A stretch of DNA of 64,000 nucleotides from Takakia lepidozioides (Eukaryota > Plantae > Bryophyta). The DNA is taken from positions 20,832,001 through 20,896,000 of the forward strand of contig CM060731.1 in the NCBI GenBank assembly GCA_030704615.1, in the 5' to 3' direction. Positions 50,984 to 64,000 of the stretch are shown piece after piece. Each line of letters opens with the position of its first letter. Position 1 is the first letter of the stretch. Position numbers and translations under genes: made by a program. The notes below the pieces were generated by a model, which was not told the origin of the DNA, ran no database searches, and saw only the letters and a program-made list of their open reading frames with translations.

Positions 50984-52155
50984 ATGAGCATGGATCTATT
51001 TCAGATACTCCGGGATAATATTGTTGAGCAACTGCAACACAAACACGGAGAGAAGATACCACCGGAGACAGTTGCTAGCCCAAAGGAAAATGACAGTCGC
51101 GCAGACAGACCGCGTGATGAGGCTGATCAGATCGTCGACTCGGAGGATGGAGAGAAAAGCATCATTCGCGAGATATTATCCCTGTCCGCCCAGACTGTGA
51201 GGGAGGTTATAATTGGAACTGGCCTAACTGACAGCGCAGTCATTCCGAGTGAAACTTTGGGCGACATTACCCGTGACAGTCAGAGAGACCCTGAAAAGGA
51301 GGCTGATCACATTGTAGGCTCGGCCCCAGATTCGGCTGAAGAGGAAGGAGAGAAAAGCATCATCGAAAGCGTTGCCGAGAAACTATCTCTGTCTGCCCGG
51401 ACTGTGAAGGAGGCTGTTCTTGGAAGTAGTCACATTGCCAGTTCGCCTATTCCTGCTGATGACATGTTGGGTGACATTGCGTCCGATAGCCAGAAAGAAC
51501 AAGATAATGCGGCTGATGCCATTGTCGACAACTCAACGTCAGATTCAACTGAGGTAGGTGGAGAGAAAAGCAATATTCAAAGCCTTGGCGAAAAAATATT
51601 TCAGTCTGCTCAGACTGTGAAGGACGCCGTGCTTGGAAATGGGCACATTGCGAGTGCACCTCCTCCTGCCAATGCGAGCGAAGCCGCCATTGCGCTGGAC
51701 AGTCGGAAACAGCCAGATGATGAGACTGATCATATTGTGGACAGCTCACCCTCAGTTTCAGCTGAGGAAGGAGAGAAAAGTATAATCCAAAGCGTTGGCG
51801 AAATAATATCTCATTCCGCCCAGACTGTGAAGGAGGTGGTTCTTGGAGATGGTCACACTACTGCGAATCCTGGTGAGGTTTTTCTTGCATTCCGTTTGCT
51901 GTCCTTGAAATGTCAACTTGACGTTCTCTGTCATGGACGTCGGGTGTCTGATCGTAGAAGTCCCCCATTGCTTGCTTGTCGGGCGAGTAAATTATGCGTC
52001 GCAAGTCATCTCGGTACTGTTTGCATTCATGATTCATGTTGCCACGGAGTATTGCTAACTTGACCTCTGTTCGGTTTTTGGTGTTTGCAGATATTATAGA
52101 TGAGTCAGGGGAGACACTACCGATGATTCTTGTGCACTCGATTGTGCATGACTGA
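50984..52155 (+). CDS. Acidic hydrophilic protein with four repeats of about 70 aa (LEA-like); join(50984-51872,52091-52155)
   Basis: Repeat core D.IVD...EEGEKSII.S..E.LS.SA.TVKE.VLG. gtgag donor at 51873, tgcag acceptor at 52090, TGA ending at 52155. Confidence 0.7.
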
Positions 52156-54027
52156 GGCCTCGTTAACGAGTGTCTAGTTACAGGCTTCCATACTTGTATA
52201 TACAATAAGTGGGTTCTCATTCTTCCAGCGGGTCGTGTACACTGTAAGGTTCCTTCAGACAGCCTTCCTTGGTTTGACAAGCATACAGAACGTTCGCCGA
52301 ACATCCCTGACATAATGACTTTATTAGGCTTGTAAGCTTACCTTAGGTCGCCCTCTGACGCACACATATCTTGCGACTTTGTGCCAGGGACTAGAAAGAC
52401 GAAGGCAATTCTCTGACAGATCTGTAGGGACTTGGATAGACCTTGAGCTGACATGTAGGTATGAAGTGGTTGATTTTTTGAATGCCCTACTTTGTGAATA
52501 TGACTCTTGATTCTTGATGACCACTTGTGGACCTAAAACAGGTGCCCTAATTTTGTGGAATATTGGAAGTGAGCAAAGTGATTGCAAGTGATTGCAAAGT
52601 AGGGGTTTGCAAGAGTGTCTTGGCCCTTGCCTTTGCTCATTGTAATAGGTGTAGCCTTGGGGATAACTTGGTTGTCCCCAACTTGCTCTGGCATGGTCAA
52701 ATTCTGTATCCTGTTGGGTCCGTTACCTGCCCCTCTGCAATCTCCTGCACTTCTTGCTCTTGCACTGCTTGATTGGCTGCTGCTATCTGCTTTGCCTTTG
52801 CTTGAGGTACTATGAAATCCTTTGTCTTACATAGTGTAATGTGTGGTTCACTAGAGAACTACATGATGCCAAACTTAATTCCGATCCAAAGTACAACCCA
52901 AACAAAATACAAAAGCAAATGTCCATATGTATAATCTAATGTGCGCATACAAATGTATAGTATATGAAAATCACAAATTGTGCTAAAAAATATTGACTTT
53001 TGATGTTATGCGTACCAAACCGCACATGAACCATCAACACCCTTTAGGAGCCATCAACAGACCATACTCAGCTTGGATATTATCTTCCTCAAGATGTGCT
53101 TTGAGTGTGGGGGTATAGTTGTGCTTGTTTGGCGGGGATGGGAATCTCACTTAGGACTCTGTTCACATCTCCTTTCCACCAGAAACATTATTCCTTCCTG
53201 TGTCTAGGTAATAGACCCACAGCATAACACCACGCATAGTACACCTTACCCAACACCAGACATACACCAAAGACCACCTTATATTCATCTTCTATGAAGC
53301 CACCATGGAAAACCCTATGATGAGGCCACAACAGTCTCCACGACAGTCCCCATCCCATCTCAGCCATAGAACAACATAGCACCAAGAATGTAACTGCATA
53401 GAAGAGCAGCATATGAATCAATCATGTTAGGCATATACATATGCTACAGCAATGTATTTCTAGGCAGTGGCAGCAACATTTGATTTCTCTATCCAATTCC
53501 ACAAAGAGGCCATTAATCATCTGTCAGGCCACGCTGCCTCTAGGAGATATAGGGCCAACACATTTTTCAAAAACAAAGTGCATGAAAAAAACGTATGATG
53601 ACCACATCTCAACTCTCCAGAACCAACCTCATAGCAGAGTCACATGTTGCTGGCTAAAGTTCAAGATGCGCTTTGAAAACCATCTTTTCTTAAATTTAGG
53701 AGCCCATTGAGACAAAAACCAGTGGAGAACTATAGCCCAAGGCCTCCCAATCCACAATGTGGGCTTTGGGGACTAGGACATTACCAGTTTGGGTAGAACT
53801 GCTTCTAGTATCACACCACACCAATACCTCCCCACAGCACACATTATCATAATACTTGTAGATATTATGCATAATGTACATACCAACTCAGCACAACTCG
53901 TGCTGCCAAGAAAGACAACACCATAGGAGGTCAACACAATAGGAGGTCTCTAAGTGCCCCAACCATGTTTAGAAGAAGTATCACACGCCCAAGAACATTC
54001 TGAGAACTTTCTGTCAATGAGGAAGGT

Positions 54028-55759
54028 TCACAGCTGGCCACCCTGTAACTTATTCTGCAGTTTGTATGCCCATTCAAGACCAGAGCAGTAGTGGAGAGGC
54101 GGGTTGAAGCGGCCATCGGTCATGTCAGGGGGCAGAAATGCTCCGTTCTCAAGGAGGAAACGGACGGCTCTCTTGTTCTTCTCCTTAGCGGCATTGTGGA
54201 GAGGAGTCCCTGCATCAAGCACCATTCTTCAATATGAATCCACACTGAAACTGATGCCACGAAGATGCATCTAGATTCGTCTAAAACAGACTCAGAATTA
54301 AACTCATTATCATCTGCACATACGTATCAGCATGACATCCCCATAGCTAGATCCATGACTTTGTGCAGCTACAGGACATCCCTTCTTGAGTTTTAGGCTA
54401 TGGAATCCCCCCTAAGCTGTCTGTATTGATCACAGACTAGACATACCCAAACATTCCACAAACTCTTTACAGCACAGAAACAACCCAAAGCAACAATGTG
54501 CTAACACGAATGATTCCTCCTGACATGCACAACAGTGCAAATACAGTTGAAGTCTTACATCTTGTGAGTGCACCATAATTTCACATAACCATGTTTTAGA
54601 CTAATTAAACATGCATTCCTACAAGGCACAGATGTTTATTGACATCCATCCCATCAACCATGCATCTACATGTGCCAAGACAGCTAACCCACTTGGAGAG
54701 TGATGAAAACCTCATGTAGATACAGGGCAAGCAATCAGCTTCCTAATTTGCAGTTATGAACCAGAAATCACCATCCAAGATTACCGAACTCAAAATAGAC
54801 CCAAAATAAAGCTTAGATTCTATGAATCTGGATGAGAAAATTTGAAGCAAAATAGGGTTTAGGGGTGTGATCAAGAAGACTGGTAAAAAACCCAAATATG
54901 CAGCATCTCAGGACATAATCCATCATATGCTCCAGGCCACCCAATAACAATCAGATGCACACACCACCCAGCTTAACAACCTTAACCTAACAAAGAGGGC
55001 ACTTCAGTCTTGCATCAATTTGGCATTGAGGAACAACAATGGCCAACCAATAAGGCAATAGACTACAAATAACAAAAATGTTACATAAATGTGCCTGGAT
55101 TCAGAGCGCTTACATCCACAACCACCCTTTGTGCGGGCCTCAATGTTGGCACCGCCTTCGAGCAGCTTGTCCATCACAAGTACATGACCCCCTGCGGCTG
55201 CAAGGTGCAGAGGTGTGGCCCCAGGTGATTTGGGGCCTACTGATGGCGCATTCACATCTGCCCCTTCGTCAATTAGTCTCCACACCTAAAAGAGATTATA
55301 TGAGGGTCAGAGAAAAGCGCGACAGTTCAATGGGAACATAATGGAACTCGAAAGTATCAAACCAGGGGACAACCCTGGATATCAAACAATTTCCGATCAT
55401 TTGCTATTAAATATCAATGCAAGTACTACCTGAAGTTGCCAAAGGAATTCCTGGTAGCAGCAGAACCGTTATATCATAAGACTGGCGAGCAGAATAAAAC
55501 AGTTGAACAAACATCTCATCAAATGTATGATGGGAACACAGGCACTCCCGGCCAGATCATACCCTTCTAAAATGCAACTTTACACAAGTCCAAGAAATGG
55601 GCAATGGAAACAGACCTCAGAAATGTCGCCTATGTGTGCTGCAACATGGAGAGGGGTCCAACCCCGGTCATCTCGAAATCCAAGGTTGTTGAGTGAGTGA
55701 CGGCGAGACAGCTGGCGTGCCGACCCCATTGCCTGGGTCTGCACTCCCACACTCATCAT
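54028..55759 (-). CDS. PIA2: Phytochrome-interacting ankyrin-repeat protein (PIA1/PIA2-like); join(55616-55759,55114-55285,54028-54209)
   Basis: RDDRGWTPLH, EGADVNA..GPKS.GATPLHLAA.GGH, GWTPLHNAAKE, GAFLPPDMTDGRFNPPLHYCSGLEWAY; GT-AG phases consistent. Confidence 0.85.
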
Positions 55760-57242
55760 GCTGACAAAATTTGTCATGTCAGGGAGAAACAAGAAAATAA
55801 AATAAAATACAAGGATGGCAATAACTGAACAAACAACGCTCGTACAAGAGGTGGTCTTTTCATTGACCAGGCCTCTACTCACACATTTTTGGTGAGCAAG
55901 GTGGGGAGAATTTTGTCGGTGATCAAGTGAAGCGCTAGAAGAGACATCACGTGATGTCCTAGATGTAGAGAACGAGACAGAAGCAGACTGCGGTTCTCTC
56001 TTTAGGCCATTACAGTGTCCATACAAAACTGGAGCTTTGAAGCTCTTACCCCATGTCCTATGCACGTGTGTCCTCCTACGATCCTGCATTAAGTGCGCTG
56101 AATATATTGGTACTGTGGGTTCGTTCAGAGCATGTCTAGAAAGCTGATACTTTTCCTTGCCACTACGATAACCCTTTCGAGTGATCGATGGTGTGGAGCT
56201 CCTGCGGCTAGAACATGTCTGAGGAGGAATTCACTAAGTCTCCGAAACGACAAGGAGACCACGGCGTTCTCATGCCCTACGGCTTTCGTCTGCCCCCGGG
56301 CATCTTCATGCAACAGTGAGCAAACTAGATAGACAAAGCCAAAGCTGAACTACCGTCGAACTCTGTCCGTTGTAAGGCTTTTTCTGAACCTCTCATCATC
56401 TCTACTATTTGCAATGTTCTATCCTTGCAGCCGTCAATTCAGGTCTATAGACCCCGATGAAATCAAACGACATCCACTCACGCATACAATAAACCCATCC
56501 AGATTTGACTTACAACAGATTATCTGGCAGAAAAAGTGCGCTCTTGTGACTCCTCCCTACTTGGTGACGTCTTCTCGTCTCCTGATCAGCGGATTCCCTT
56601 GAAAACTTGAGAACCACAAATCTGAAGCAAAAACAGAAACCTCTGTTTCTGTCTCCACTCCCCCAGGGAAAATAGTACTCCTGTACGCCTTGAAGACCCC
56701 CTGCTTCAAAGACAAAAACCACACCAGAGTGATCTATGGCTGAAATAAAGCCATTATACTCGACTTATGGCGACACGAAGGCAGGCGTACACACACAGCG
56801 GGGGAGGAAGCAGCACATTCCAGGCCCTGGGACACACATCTCTGTCAAAAAAATGAGAGAAGGAAGAATTTTCTGATCAGCAGAAATCTTCCGGGGGGTG
56901 CAGAGACAGAACAAGTTCCTACGCAATTTGAATGCCGAGAGATGCAACAGGGATGCCCTCAGAGAAGAGAAAAAGAGAAGATGACACAGAGACAGACACG
57001 AAGGCAAGCAACAAGGCAAGGCGAACCTTGAGGCTGGTTAGAAGTTAGCCGCGGTTTTGCTAATCATAGTTAATCCGAGAGCCGAAAATCATCTCTAACA
57101 CTACGTGTTGAATTCTGGGTGGCTGGATTTTCCCTTCGGGATCTCACTCCAAGTCTTGACATGTGGAGAACCACAAAGCTGGCCGAAGCCCTAAACTTCT
57201 TTCTCTTTCTGCGCTTGCACGGCGGATAATCGAAGGGCGGCC

Positions 57243-58470
57243 ATGGCGGAACGCAAGGGAGAGCGCGTTAGGTGACTTCTTCCTCCTCTGTCTTGATGGT
57301 TTTGGCCCTCCATGACTGTTAGATGTTCCGATTGCACTTTCTGCTGGCAACGGAATTATTTTGCGCTCTCTTTGTGGACGACTGATCGTGTATATTCTTG
57401 TCTTCTCCTTGGTCTTCTTTTGATTTCTCTATGACTGTTTGATGTCGAGTATGTCAAGCAAGTACAGGGAGTTTGGTTGGGCATTTGACAGAGGTTTATC
57501 TCCCTGTTTTATGTGACGTTGTCATGCCTTGCACATGCAGACATTGTCAGTTAATGTAGGTGTCAGGTTAGACTGAACGGATTTTGGTCAAGGAAAGAAT
57601 GCTAATTGAGTTTCCTACTTATTTCGCGACCCTGTCTTAAGGAGGCTTGAAGAGAAGCTGTCAATATCTATGGTGAAAGTTGCATTTCTGCCATCCTTCT
57701 GAAGGGTTGGGCCAGAGACTGATGAGACTAGATGTTCACGTCACTTCAGCATTTCTTAGAGATCGACATAGGTATTTGCAATATTATTTCCTTGGTGGAT
57801 CCATGCCCTAGTTTCGTGCAGTGTTCTTATCCGTGCCTGGGGCGTTTTGTGCAGGTTATATGTCCGTGGAATCATTCTTGGGTACCGAAGGTGTGTGAGT
57901 GTCTCTTGCTGTCGCACTTGGAAGCAGTCAGATCTTGTTGCTACTCTGTGACGACGTGCTGGGCATTGTGTTCTATTCACAATTAGGAGTTTTAATATGG
58001 CTTGTGTTCTCTTCCTTACAAAGTGATGGCTATGCAGGTCAAAATCTAACCAGTACCCAAGTACATCACTCCTGCAAATTGAAGGTGTGAACACACCAGA
58101 GGAAGTCAAATGGTACCTTGGGAAGAGGCTAGCTTATGTCTACAAAGCTAAGACCAAAAAGAATGGATCTCTTTACCGATGTATCTGGGGAAAGGTGGCT
58201 CGGCCTCATGGCAACAGTGGCATTGTTCGTGCTAGGTTCCGCAAGAATCTCCCTCCGGCTTCCTTGGTACTCGATTTACCCTTTGTAGTGGCATCATTAT
58301 TTATTGATCGAGTGTTTTGGATATGCATCTCCAAGACTAAAACCTCAATTTACTATGTGGAACGGGTCAGCTGAATGGATACATTTTGCGACATTGCTGG
58401 TCCTAAGTACTTTATTTTTGTGCCATAGGGTGCGAGAGTGAGGGTGTTCATGTATCCAAGCCGCATCTAA
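57243..58470 (+). CDS. RPL35A: 60S ribosomal protein L35a (eL33); join(57243-57271,57855-57890,58038-58266,58429-58470)
   Basis: [29 protein letters not shown]...[12 protein letters not shown]...[13 protein letters not shown]. Confidence 0.96.
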
Positions 58471-58600
58471 GCTGGTGAGTTCTGTGACTATGCTTGAAAG
58501 TGCGGAGAGATACTACTGTAGTTTGAAATTCTGGGATGCTTAATGTTGATTCCAGGCTTAAAAGGGGAATTTTTTGCAGTCCACTTACAGTAGTTCGGTT

Positions 58601-58657
58601 ACACACACACACACACACACACAGGACCCCCCCCCCCCCCCCCCCCCCTCCCCCCCT
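58601..58657. repeat. (CA)n microsatellite followed by a poly-C tract
   Basis: Directly visible in the sequence. Confidence 0.95.
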
Positions 58658-61600
58658 TTCCTTCTTCTGTGTAAGTCTGCTGTTTTCTATGATCTGAATG
58701 CTGAAGTATGTCTGGCTTGGTCTTCCCATGTTGACACAGAAACTGAGTATGTCTGCACCCTCTGTCAGGGCATTGATGAAGTCGGTGAGGAGATATAACA
58801 GCTCGTCACTGTTATTCCGGACATAGTTGCTTCGTAGAATCTCTAAGTCATGAGACAACAGTCTCTCTGGTTTCCTTCCTCTTTTTATTGTTTCTTCTTT
58901 CGCGTGACTTCCTTGATGTTTATCGCGGTGCCCATGTTTTCGTCTTTTGATGGTTCTTCTTACCTTGGATTAGCTATCTCATTTACCTTTGGTTGTCAGA
59001 TGTGAGTTCACGGATTACTCGGCTCTCACATGGTCCTATATAACCAGTACTTCAGCTGCTGGGCCTGTTGGACATCAAGTAGTGGTGTACATTTTAGCAC
59101 TTTTGTAGCTGCAGTGCTCTATTTAACTGGCTGCTTGTGCTTTGTATAGATTATATTGCACAAGCAGGTATACCAGGACTTGTGGGAAGAATAAGGTTTT
59201 GTACACTGGGCTCTACAGTTTGGTGGAGTTTGAATTTTAGAAAAAGTCCCACATATGAGTGTCTTTGAGCTAAACTTGGAAAATTAATTGAACTCCAATG
59301 TTGAGACATGCACTTCCAAATTTGGAACCTCAGCCAAGTTTGGGGGGCTGCGCACCTTTCCATGCAGCAGGTGCTCACGCAGCTAGGGGGCTTGTGTGAT
59401 GGGCTGTACTGGCAGGGCAAGCACATCAGCCATTAGTAATGAGGTGTAGTTGGTACACATGCGTAAGTTCTGGCACGTGCCGGTTCAGCTGGTAAGTCGC
59501 CCTGTGAACAGCCAACTCGCCATATTGTGTGGAGGTTTGGCTGGAAGTACCCTTAAACAGGTCACAGGCACATTGGAAGAAAGATCAGAGGTCCTTTGGG
59601 ACCCGATTTCTCCCTATGTTATGTCAGAAGACGGTCTCACCTGTCAGTCTTGCTGGGAACAGGTTGTAAGCAATTGATGGTTTCGTGTTCTAGATTCTTT
59701 GAACCAAGAGTAGTGCATCCCCATTGCATAGAAAGTAACAATCTATAAGGATAAGTTTTTGTTGATATAACCTTCTGGCAAGAGTAAGCATCTGGCATGG
59801 CTCAGGGAAATGTAACCGCATAGTAAAGTGGCACTCTCAAGGATCAGTTTTTGCTTATATAACCTTTTTGGCTCCTTGAATAGAAGTGATGGTGGCTTGT
59901 CACTACCACACATGTTCTTCTTCTTGGTCCATGGATTGGTGAGAGACAATCACCAAGCCATACCGCTATTCTCTGTGGGTTAAATATCAATATGAACCTT
60001 GTTGTTATGTTTGCCTTTTTCTTTCTTTCTTTTCTCTGCCTCTTTTCTTCTCGCTTTGCTGTTTGTTTCTTGTTTTCTCTTCCGAAAATCACTCTTAACC
60101 ATAGATCAGATCTTCTCGGTACTTTTTTGGGTTTACCTTCAACTGGTTATATGTATACATCTAGATACTTATGAGGATATTGATCTTGTTATGAACAGAT
60201 ATAATAGATAGAAATCATTGAAATCTTCTCCTATATCAACCATTCTGATACAAGTTCAATCTTGCAGGACATGGATGGGTCACAGACTCTAGGAGAGGGA
60301 CCGCTGGGCAGCGGACTGGCAGATTGGAGGGCAGCGGACTCATGGGCGGGTGGGATTGGAAGAAGCTGTTTATGGCCGCCAGCAGATATTTCTGCATGTC
60401 CTCAGAGAGGAACAAATATTGAGAGGACTGCATGCATGTCATCTCCCTCTTGATCTTGTAATAGAGCTCTTATTTTGGGAGGTTTCAATGTGCTGTGGCT
60501 TTTTTTAGTTGGGTTGGCCTGTGTTGGAGCTGCTGTAATTCAGTTCTTTTTGGAGTGGTAACTCTTTGGATTATAGCTACAGTGGGCCAACTCGGCTAAG
60601 CGTATGCTCAGTCAGTTCGCAAGTGTTCTCCTGTGAAGAGAGAGGCCAAATCTCTGCAGACCCAGCGCATATCTTGGTGTGGAATACTTGCTACATGTTC
60701 AGGCAGTAATGGGTATAGGCTGTTGTTATGTGGAGGAGAGCGAGTTAATTAGTCTGGCCTGGTAAAATTTCAAATAAGAGTTGTCCGAAATAGACGGAAC
60801 CCTTAGCAAGTTTGATTTTTTCCAAAATATCCATCCTTGTGCAGAAAAAAAAATAGAAAACCTTGAAAACTAGAACATTTTTAGATTCTGACAGCACATT
60901 AGGTGCGTACCTACCTGCTGCAGGGGGCTACCAATTTTTTAGGCCGATCAGAGTCAGATCCAGAAAATGCAACCGTTGAATGTGAGCAATAAAGGGTGTT
61001 GACTTCCCTAAGTAGGCTCTCAAAAGTTCAGCAAAATATTTAGTCCCTTCAATCTCATCTATCATTCCTTCGCCTTAAGGACGTTGTCCAGTTTTTATCA
61101 GCATTAGTGTAGTCTTAGCTGAAGTTCCAAAGAAAGAAAGAACATTTTGTACAAGGTGTAGCTAGATCACCATGAAAGTTTGGAAATCTCGCCATTTTCT
61201 GAATTTCCGTGTCCAACGTCCTTCTCTATGCATCACGAGCAACATCTACATGACTATCTTGAGATGAAACAGATGTGGAAGGAAATCTTTTCCTATGGGA
61301 ACTCCTGGTATTCTTTGTTCCCCTCACAAAATTTCCATGAGTGCACCTTTAGACTGGCCAACATGAGTCTGTCTTGGACAGCTCTTACCTGGATTTTTAC
61401 TAGGACAAATTGATTGGCATGCTGATTCTCCTCCAGATAACTTAATATTTGTTTATGCCAGTTCTTTCACAATAGCATGTATGCCATCTTTTATCGTTGC
61501 TTGGAGTCATCAGAAATCCGTTATTACTAGCAGGACTAGGAGCACCGGTGTTTACGCTCTACACCCTTAGCTTTATCAGCCATTACAACTTGATTTGCAG

Positions 61601-62086
61601 GTAAAAATCAGTAGCCACCACAACCATTTCAATACTCCCTAATTTAGACTTAAAAAGAGAGCTTCCACTCCCGTAAGTTAATTTGCTCATGCAAATCAGG
61701 TCCAACAGTTCTGAACCGTGCTCTGATACCAAATGTTGACTGTTGGTCTTTCTCAGAAGGTTGAACAGTAATTCAGCCGTTTCCTTATTGACAGGGCTTG
61801 CATGTAATGCAAACATTTGTTTGTACACTTGTTCTCTGTTTTTCTTCTGGTTTTCTCTTCTTAAATCCCTCTTATTGCTCATCAAATCTTCTCTTGCAAG
61901 CATTGATACTTTTAAGGATATTTTATCGACAGGTGGGAGGCTTGAATCACCATGGAAACAACATCCAGTACAATTCCGGCCGAGGGAAGAGGCCCGTTTC
62001 CATTAACAACCAAGTTATCAACACATTTTACTGTCTTGGATCTGAAACATTTGAAAGTCTTCTTTAGGCATTAGAGTTATCCGTAA

Positions 62087-63121
62087 AGGGTCCCAAACTC
62101 GCATGAGAACCCTGAGTTTGTCCAAAACTCGGTATGAAATTCGAAACTCAGGATCAAGCGGTACGACTAGAAAAAAACACGGGACCAAACTGCCAGGACT
62201 AGGAAAATGGGGGTGGCAGGAGTTTGGTGCCGAGTTTTGTTAATCGTCGAGGTGGAGGCGGTCAGCGGTTGCCCTCATCCCCAGTTTATGATTTGGTGCC
62301 CTCTTTTCTGACTTCGTGCTCAGTTTTCTGCACTTTCCGGATTAACTCAAACTCAGGATGAAACCCATAACTCGGGTCCAAACAGGGTACCAAACTCAGG
62401 CTCACTTTACGGATAACTCTATTAAAGTTATCCTTAAAGTCATGCCCAGTTTCGTCCCCAGTTTGGACCTCTATCTTGTGTTTCATCCCCAGTTTGAGTG
62501 CAAACGTAAAGTCAGCAAAATTGGGCATGAGTTTGCTAAACTGGGCAAGAATTTCTGAAATTAGGCATGAGTCCTACTCCTTGACATGATGTGATACCCT
62601 GAAAGGGCAAGAAAAAGCAGGGAGGTTTTTGTTGGAGGCCCTTCACCTTCGTGATGGACTCTCCAAGTAGCGACGAGGAGTTGTCTTCTTCAAGCAATGA
62701 TGAAGAGCTCGATATGGAGAGGGAGGCACAGACGATTTTTCAATGCGCAGTTGCAGCTGCAAATTCTGTTGACGTGTTTAATGCAAACGAGCTCAATGAT
62801 GAGTTTCAGCAATCAATCGATCCCACTGGAGGTGCTCAAGACGTTTTGACTACTATGAGAGCCACCCTCACGCCCGTGCAGACGTCTCGCAGCTCGCTCG
62901 GCGTTACGGGGCGTGCAGCTCGGCAAAATCCGAACTCCAAAGTGGGTATGAAACTAGTTTGACCACCAGTTTTGGTGAGAAATCTAGTTTCATCCCGTGT
63001 TTTTTTTCCTTTGTATGAGTTGGTCCCCAGTTTCTTAACTCGTCCCCACTTTTGGCCGCACTGGGGGTAACTCGTCGCCAGTTTTTGGCCAGTTATTGCC
63101 CTGGATGAGATTTAGGGGGTC
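62087..63121 (+). mobile_element. Putative non-autonomous PIF/Harbinger-like element
   Basis: TAA-flanked, weakly inverted G/C-rich ends. Subterminal aaactc repeats on the left and cagttt/gagttt repeats on the right. Truncated acidic ORF 62651-62962. Confidence 0.4.
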
Positions 63122-63909
63122 TAATTACATCCGTGAGAGAAAGACTCTGGCTGAGCAGGATTAACTAAGGCTGGGAACTCAATGATCAAGTTCAATACGT
63201 ATGAAGATATCTCATTCAGTAATACAGCAAAAGCTATGTGGTCATCCGATAACTTAGTGCACCTCCATTGACAGGTACCATTTTAGCTTGGCCGGGTCTG
63301 CAAGATACTATTTACTTGTCCTCTCTTTCCTGGGAAAGAAGAAACCCCCATGCTTTTCGAATGACCCCCCGACTGAGATTGTGGGCGGACAAGGAGGGTG
63401 ATAATGAAGATATCAGCCTCATTCACAGTGTCAAATTTGTCCTTCAGACATTCCCTCACATGTTGAGCCTGAAGAGCCAGTTCGTGGAATGAGAAACTGA
63501 ATGTATCCTTATTGAAATCCTAGATTGAGAAGTACTGCATAATACAGAGCTACAATTGATTAAGTTAGATACCTTGTAGACATCAAAGCACAGGAAGATA
63601 GGGAAAAAAAAGTTAGACAAGTGGGCTGAAAATTACTCCTGACAAGTGAGCTTCTGTACAGCAGTGCTGCGTCAAATCATGACCACACTTTTGCTAGTTC
63701 TCGATACAATTAGACACATGCCTCAAAACCAAGACAAGGAGACGTGTCATCTTTTCCGTTCATCTTGAAGTCAAATGATCACACAACTATACAGAGACAG
63801 GTGACGAGGTAGCCAACTGCAAAACACCGTTGAGAGTTTCAACAGAATCGGACCAACAGCTGGCTAGCCTGGCTGAAGCACATTTGAAATACTTTTGACT
63901 ACAACCTTC

Positions 63910-64000
63910 CTACGCAGCAGCTTCCTGTTTGGCAGCTTCCTCAAATGTGTCGACCTCCACCAAGTCAGGAACATCATCATTGTCCTCATCATCAGCCCCA
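63910..64000 (-). CDS. BTF3: BTF3 / nascent polypeptide-associated complex beta, C-terminal end (partial)
   Basis: GADDEDNDDVPDLVEVDTFEEAAKQEAAA* matches the NAC-beta C-terminal DDDVP.LV..TFE.AA motif. Confidence 0.8.
   Translation of the reverse strand, partial: GADDEDNDDVPDLVEVDTFEEAAKQEAAA

Overview
Eukaryotic plant genomic DNA with spliceosomal introns. The gene content and intron style suggest a non-seed land plant such as a bryophyte or lycophyte (inference). Host genes: the 5' part of a telomere-repeat-binding TRP/TRFL gene (-), a 10-exon P-class PPR gene like At5g27270/EMB976 (+), an acidic four-repeat LEA-like gene behind an ABRE cluster (+), a PIA-like ankyrin gene (-) head-to-head with RPL35A (+), and the last codons of BTF3/NAC-beta (-). 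The main feature is a 21.6-kb nested transposon block (6711-28290) built from two related, decayed Ty3/Gypsy-type elements, E1 and E2. Their polyprotein order is gag(2xCCHC)-protease-C5 DNA methyltransferase-RT-RNaseH-DDE integrase-PHD finger. Their ends are split direct repeats (A ... B-A-B) rather than ordinary LTRs, and a 4-bp TSD confirms this for E2. The PBS position holds no tRNA match; it is complementary to a hairpin loop in repeat A, with covariation between the two copies. E1 also carries a 5-kb Pack-CACTA with captured PPR and importin-beta fragments and a SINE. E2 inserted into E1's integrase, and the pair was later rearranged by an inversion and a deletion.
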